From Syntrophomonadaceae bacterium (GTDB taxonomy: Bacteria > Bacillota > Syntrophomonadia > Syntrophomonadales > Syntrophomonadaceae), in NCBI GenBank assembly GCA_012520725.1, contig JAAYNQ010000177.1, forward strand, positions 8,696 to 72,695: a stretch of DNA of 64,000 nt, read 5' to 3'. Both the position numbers and the translations under genes were made by a program. Of the stretch, positions 59,491-64,000 are shown in pieces (position 1 is the stretch's first letter; every line of letters begins with the position of its first letter). Under the pieces are notes generated by a model. It was not told the DNA's origin, made no database searches, and saw nothing but the letters and a program-made list of their open reading frames with translations.

Positions 59491-60541
59491 GGAAATAAGA
59501 GGAAAACGCAAGGATGAACACCTGCTTTTAGCCCAACATCTCCCCGATGGACCAGGATCCAGCGGATTTGAAAATATAAACCTTATACACGATTCGGTAC
59601 CAGAACTAGATCTGGAGGAAATCGATCTGGGGTACATCTTTCTAGGTAAAAAAATAAAATTCCCCTTACTGATCAATGCTATTACCGGAGGTACCCAGCA
59701 AGCAGCCCAGGTTAATCAGGCCTTATCCACCTTGGCTGCCCGCCAGGGAATAGCTATGGCAGTAGGTTCACAAACCATAGCTATAGAGGACCCAGGTCTA
59801 AAATATACTTTTGCCCTGGTACGGGAGGCCAATCCAGATGGCATAGTACTGGCCAATATATCAGCTGCCAGTGGGGTTAAAGAGGCTATTGCAGCGGTGG
59901 AGATGATAAAGGCGGATGGCTTGCAGCTGCATTTCAACATACCTCAGGAATTGGCCATGCCTGAGGGCGACCGTTCTTTTAAGGGCATACTTAAACAGGT
60001 AAAGGAGATCAAGGAAAACTGCCCCGTCCCCATTATTGCCAAAGAAGTAGGATTTGGCTTTTCTCGGGAAAGCATTGAGCGTATTTATCAAAGCGGGGTT
60101 AGTATTTTCGATATTGGTGGTCAGGGAGGAACTAATTTTGTAACCATAGAAGACCAGCGCCAGGGTATGTTCGGCAGTGAGTTGGATCAATGGGGCATAC
60201 CCACTGCGGTAAGCTTAATAGAAGCTTTAAGTATGGATTTGCCGATTAAAATCATTGCCTCCGGAGGCATCAGGTCAGCTTTGGATGCGGCCAAAGCTTT
60301 GGCTTTGGGAGCTGATATGGTGGGTATGGCTGGATCCTTATTGAAAATCTTGCTCAATCATGGTTCCCAGGAATTGGAGAGGGAACTCACAGCCTGGTTG
60401 TATCGCTTAAAGGCGGTATTCCTGATGACTGGAGCTGCTAACCTGGAGGAGATCAAAAAGAAGCCAGTGATAATACTGAATGATACTGCTCAATGGATAA
60501 AGAGCCGTGGTATTGATAAGTACAAATGGTCCCGCCGCTAA
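59480..60541 (+). CDS. fni: type 2 isopentenyl-diphosphate delta-isomerase (FMN-dependent)
   Basis: RKDEHL N-terminus, TIM-barrel FMN pattern, IASGGIRS..D.AKALALGA. Confidence 0.85.
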   Translation: MEDREIRGKRKDEHLLLAQHLPDGPGSSGFENINLIHDSVPELDLEEIDLGYIFLGKKIKFPLLINAITGGTQQAAQVNQALSTLAARQGIAMAVGSQTIAIEDPGLKYTFALVREANPDGIVLANISAASGVKEAIAAVEMIKADGLQLHFNIPQELAMPEGDRSFKGILKQVKEIKENCPVPIIAKEVGFGFSRESIERIYQSGVSIFDIGGQGGTNFVTIEDQRQGMFGSELDQWGIPTAVSLIEALSMDLPIKIIASGGIRSALDAAKALALGADMVGMAGSLLKILLNHGSQELERELTAWLYRLKAVFLMTGAANLEEIKKKPVIILNDTAQWIKSRGIDKYKWSRR

Positions 60542-60850
60542 ATGCTGCCTTCATTTATATAGCCTGCTTGGAGATGGGGTCAAATGCAAGATCATAACAA
60601 AGATAGTAAATTAACACATTATTGCTAATCGCAGCTCCATACCCCTGCTGGTCTAATCTTGAGAAAAATCCTCATAAAAAAGAAGGAAAAAGCGTAATTT
60701 TGGCGAAGAGCTATATTTAGTAATATTATAGAAATAACTGAAAAAAACTCCGAGTCTATTAACCTAAGGTCAAAGGTAAGGTTTCTAGACCACTGGGTAT
60801 ATCCGGAAACAGATATGCCTCCCATTGTGGAAAGGAGAAGCTAGCTTTAT

Positions 60851-60883
60851 ATGGGTAAGTCATGCTCTTCTTGACTTACCCAT
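60851..60883 (+). other. perfect 12-bp stem hairpin (ATGGGTAAGTCA / TGACTTACCCAT, 9-nt loop) in an ORF-free region
   Basis: Read directly. It is followed by a T-rich stretch and lies 27 nt upstream of a canonical terminator. Confidence 0.6.
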
Positions 60884-60909
60884 TTCTGATTAAGGTGTTT
60901 ATCAAGATT

Positions 60910-60943
60910 AAAGCTCTGCTTTCTGCAGAGCTTTTTGTTTTTT
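60910..60943 (+). terminator. intrinsic terminator with no assigned gene
   Basis: AAAGCTCTGC-TTTCT-GCAGAGCTTT perfect 10-bp stem followed by TTGTTTTTT. It lies ~370 nt after the fni stop and 150 nt before the next CDS. Confidence 0.75.
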
Positions 60944-61093
60944 GGAAGGGTGAAATGATAGGAGGAAGAGCAGTTAAGCAGGCAAGCTGGGGCGGAAAAA
61001 CAACAGATTACTGGGGGCGGATAATTATTGGGGGAATAGTGCAGGGTTCCAGTCATGCTGGGATAGGACAAATTCATGGGAGAGGTGATCGTA

Positions 61094-62575
61094 ATGCTTA
61101 AGCGAATTGTAAAAACCATAGTGCTTTCAATGCTGTTTTTACTGGCAATACCCGTATTCTGTTATGGTTTTTCCATTGATCTGCAATTGAGTACCGAGTA
61201 TGCCAAGACCGGAGATAGTATTACCATCTCAGGCCAGGCAGATGCCAATAGCTGGATTTCTATCAAGGTATTGGATGAAGGGCAAAACATTATTTATTTT
61301 AATGCGGTAAAGTCCGATGAATATGGAAGATATAGTGACAGCTTTATTGTTCCGGAAAACATCGAAGGATGCCTAACAGTAGTAGCCGGAGCAGGAGCCA
61401 ATGTAGCCAGCCAAACCTTGCTGGTAGGCCGCTTGAGCACTCAGGTCAGTTTGGAATTGAGTAGCTATGAGGCAGTAGTAGGTGAGAGTATAACTGTTTT
61501 TGGCACGGCCGATCCCAATAGCTGGGTAGCGCTCAAGGCAGTAGATGAGGAAGGAAGCATACTATTCTTTGATGCTGTAAAAGCGGATGGGGACGGCAAC
61601 TACAGCCTGGATTTGGTCATACCTGAGATGGCAGCAGTAAGTTTGGAGATTATAGCCGGGTATGGTGATAATATTGCCAGCCAAACCTTGCTGGTAGGTA
61701 GCTTGAGCACTCAGGTCAGTTTGGAATTGAGTAGCTATGAGGCAATAGTAGGTGACAGTATAACTGTTTTTGGCACGGCCGATCCCAATAGCTGGGTAGC
61801 GCTCAAGGCAGTAGATGAGGAAGGAAGCATACTATTCTTTGATACTGTAAAAGCGGATGGGGATGGCAACTACAGTCTGGATTTAATCATACCTGAGATG
61901 GCAGCAGGAAGTTTGGAGATAATAGCCGGAGCAGGGGCCAATGTAGCCAGCCAAACCTTGCTGGTAGGTAGCTTAAGCACCCAGGTCAGTTTGGAATTGA
62001 GTAGCTATGAGGCAATAGTAGGTGACAGTATAACTGTTTTTGGCACGGCCGATCCCAATAGCTGGGTAGCGCTCAAGGCAGTAGATGAGGAGGGAAGCAT
62101 ACTATTCTTTGATACTGTAAAAGCGGATGGGGACGGCAACTACAGTCTGGATTTAATCATACCTGAGATGGCAGCAGGAAGTTTGAAGATAATAGCCGGG
62201 TATGGTGATAATACCGCTAGTCGGAGCATTACCATTAGAGCAGAGCTTGATGAGTGTTTTATTGCTACTGCCGCTTTTGGTTCTAAATTCGAGCCATCAG
62301 TGGCCCTTTTGCGTGCCTTTCGTGATAAATACCTGTTGAACAATAATATGGGCCAGGCTTTGGTGAAGTTCTACTACCAGAATTCCCCTCCCCTGGCTAA
62401 TTACATTGCAGCTAGCGAGCCTTTAAAAGCACTGGTCAGAATTCTATTAATCCCATTTATTGTAATGGCATATATCTCATTCCATCCCCTGTGGATCTGT
62501 TTAATGCTGGGGATGGGCTTTGCTTTGCTTCTGTGGCATAGGAGGAAAAGGAATTGGCAGCTTAAAGGCAATTAA
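61094..62575 (+). CDS. secreted repeat protein: signal peptide, four ~90-aa modules, and a CFI-box-like C-terminal membrane anchor
   Basis: MLKRIVKTIVLSMLFLLAIPVFCYG signal peptide. Four copies of a SLELSS...G.SITVFG.ADPNSWV.LK..D..G.I.FFD.VK.DGDGNY...IAG.G module. C-terminal CFIATAAFGS...LLRAFRDKYLL plus a TM helix and an RRKR tail. Confidence 0.8.
   Translation: MLKRIVKTIVLSMLFLLAIPVFCYGFSIDLQLSTEYAKTGDSITISGQADANSWISIKVLDEGQNIIYFNAVKSDEYGRYSDSFIVPENIEGCLTVVAGAGANVASQTLLVGRLSTQVSLELSSYEAVVGESITVFGTADPNSWVALKAVDEEGSILFFDAVKADGDGNYSLDLVIPEMAAVSLEIIAGYGDNIASQTLLVGSLSTQVSLELSSYEAIVGDSITVFGTADPNSWVALKAVDEEGSILFFDTVKADGDGNYSLDLIIPEMAAGSLEIIAGAGANVASQTLLVGSLSTQVSLELSSYEAIVGDSITVFGTADPNSWVALKAVDEEGSILFFDTVKADGDGNYSLDLIIPEMAAGSLKIIAGYGDNTASRSITIRAELDECFIATAAFGSKFEPSVALLRAFRDKYLLNNNMGQALVKFYYQNSPPLANYIAASEPLKALVRILLIPFIVMAYISFHPLWICLMLGMGFALLLWHRRKRNWQLKGN
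61411..62220 (+). repeat. three tandem 270-bp (90-codon) near-identical in-frame repeats
   Basis: Units start at 61411, 61681 and 61951. By manual comparison there are about 20 and 16 mismatches per 270 bp between neighbouring units, concentrated in the last ~30 bp. Confidence 0.9.
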
Positions 62576-62651
62576 GAAATAGACTAACTAAGGAAAGGGA
62601 TGGCGTTTTTCAAGTCTTTTGATTAAAGCAGATTTTTAGGAGGTGATGTTA

Positions 62652-64000
62652 ATGGTACATAATAGGAAAGCCATATGGACAATAATCATCTTGTTGTTAA
62701 CACTTTTCCTTTTGCCCCAAGGAGGGATGGCAGCTGAAGTTAGCCTGGAATTAAGTAGCAATCGTGCCATGCCGGGCAATAGTATTTCAGCCTTAGGACA
62801 GGCCGAATCCAATACCTGGGTAAGCTTAAAAATACTTGACAGCCAGCAGAATATAGTTTTGTTCGATGCGGTCAAATCAGACCCTGAAGGCAATTACCAG
62901 TTTATCTTTGTAGTACCTGATCTACCTCTGGGTAGTGAATTGATAGTAAATGCCGGTTATGGCAACCGGATTGCCAGTCAGATTCTTACCGTGGGAGAAC
63001 CCGGAGCAGTACCGCTACTGCTAAGTGCTTTTACCAATGAAGCTGGAAGCATGATCAGCATGGAGTTTAACCAGCTTATGGCTGATCCTGCCGGTAGCCA
63101 TGAACAGTTTACGGTCCTGGTCAATGGGAAAATCAATCCGGTTACTAAAGTAGCTTTGAATCAAAACCCGGCCCGTATTGATCTTACCCTGAGCCAGCCG
63201 GTAAAGCATGGTGACATAATTAAAGTCAGTTATACCAGGGGAACAGTTCAAAGTGCAGACCATGGTGTACTAGAGGATTTTGATCAGCAGACTGTGAAAA
63301 ATATGGTTCCCGCTACCTCCAAATCTCCTGGAGGCAGTTCTGCCAGTGGGACCCCTAAAAGCGGAACCGCAGCTATTAACCCCAAACAGGGCGGAAGTGT
63401 TAGCCTGGGTAAGGAGGTTATAATAGAGATTCCAGCTAATGCCTTGAAAGGAAATACTGAGCTGCCGGTTAAGGTGCAGCAGATCGATGCTACAGTATCC
63501 CTTCCTGCTGATAGTAAATTACTTAGCTCAGTTTATGAGTTTATGGTGGGAAATCAGAGCAATTATAATTTTGATCAGCCCATCATTATCAAGTTGCAAT
63601 TTAACCCTGCTTTGCTAGGAGAGAATGAGATAGCTGCCATATATTACTATGATGAGTCCCAGTCTAAGTGGATAAATATAGGAGGAACGGTGTCCGGTTC
63701 CATTATTTCAGTACAGGTCGATCATTTTACCCGTTTTGCTGTTTTTAGCATCCCGATTCCATCACCAACAGCTTTAAGTGATGTCGAAGGCCATTGGGCA
63801 GCTCCATATATTAAGGAAATGTATGCTTCCGGGGTGATCGGCGGATATCCTGACGGCAGTTTCAGGCCGGATAATCATATAAGCAGGGCGGAATTTGTAA
63901 CTATGCTGGTCAAATCATACCAATGGGAAACAGCCGGGAGCAAAACCTTTGCCGATACCGCTAAACATTGGGCCCGGGATTATATTGCCGTAGCCTATGC
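62652..64000 (+). CDS. SLH-domain cell-surface protein, 3'-truncated at the window edge; N-terminal module paralogous to the 61094..62575 repeats
   Basis: Open frame from ATG 62652 (8 nt after AGGAGG) to the window end, which is why it is missing from the ORF track. Signal peptide, one ~90-aa SLELSS module, Ig-like middle region, then SLH repeats from ~63771 (LSDVEGHWAAPYIKEMYASGVIGGYPDGSFRPDNHISRAEFVTMLVK; FADTAKHWARDYI). Confidence 0.8.
   Translation, partial: MVHNRKAIWTIIILLLTLFLLPQGGMAAEVSLELSSNRAMPGNSISALGQAESNTWVSLKILDSQQNIVLFDAVKSDPEGNYQFIFVVPDLPLGSELIVNAGYGNRIASQILTVGEPGAVPLLLSAFTNEAGSMISMEFNQLMADPAGSHEQFTVLVNGKINPVTKVALNQNPARIDLTLSQPVKHGDIIKVSYTRGTVQSADHGVLEDFDQQTVKNMVPATSKSPGGSSASGTPKSGTAAINPKQGGSVSLGKEVIIEIPANALKGNTELPVKVQQIDATVSLPADSKLLSSVYEFMVGNQSNYNFDQPIIIKLQFNPALLGENEIAAIYYYDESQSKWINIGGTVSGSIISVQVDHFTRFAVFSIPIPSPTALSDVEGHWAAPYIKEMYASGVIGGYPDGSFRPDNHISRAEFVTMLVKSYQWETAGSKTFADTAKHWARDYIAVAY

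Noticed and set aside
60847-61119. 79-aa (+) and 90-aa (-) ORFs in the fni/surface-protein spacer.
   Set aside because: They span the hairpin and the intrinsic terminator and have no SD. The region is better explained as non-coding RNA or leader.

Overview
This 64-kb segment looks like chromosomal DNA from an anaerobic, SLH-bearing Firmicute of the class Clostridia. The gene content resembles syntrophic fatty-acid oxidisers or Peptococcaceae-like organisms, but this taxon guess is inference only. I call about 60 protein genes, nearly all on the + strand and mostly core metabolism. In order they are: crotonase and SDR; PHP phosphatase; a Ca/Na antiporter; YlbF; gdhA; prsA; fur-feoB-feoA; a minimal sufC-sufB/D pair; LysR; the polyamine genes pdaD-speE-speB, with speH at a separate locus; an opuA-type compatible-solute ABC transporter; trpS; MarR; a large alkaline-phosphatase-like polytopic membrane protein; a menaquinone tail and tailoring block (hepS-like, UbiD, UbiA, UbiX, hepT); tatC-tatA; a siroheme-dependent heme block (sirC, hemA, hemC, cobA-hemD, hemB, radical SAM, ahbA/B-like, hemL); etfB-etfA plus a fused membrane heme-b/FeS/CCG oxidoreductase; rluB; a P-loop ATPase plus korDABG; HutP; aroH; a C-N hydrolase; DAHP synthase; a four-module flavodiiron-rubredoxin-NROR-rubredoxin protein; cmk; plsC; an ispH-S1 fusion; FmdB; mobA; fni; and two adjacent cell-surface proteins. 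I read several non-coding elements directly from the sequence: a ydaO-class c-di-AMP riboswitch ahead of opuA, a Trp T-box ahead of trpS, a perfect 7-1-7 Fur box ahead of fur, and several intrinsic terminators and sigma-A-like promoters. I found no rRNA, tRNA, CRISPR array, transposase, integrase, phage gene or recognisable defence system. I cannot point to a clear-cut new system. The strongest candidates for undescribed biology are: (1) the surface-protein pair at 61-64 kb, which shares an unassigned ~90-aa module, has near-identical 270-bp tandem repeats, and uses two different anchors (a CFI-box-like C-terminus versus SLH domains); (2) the extracytoplasmic AP-like domain fused to a polytopic membrane domain at 20.9-23.1 kb; (3) the unclassified P-loop ATPase translationally coupled to korDABG; and (4) the orphan structured non-coding region at 60.7-60.95 kb.
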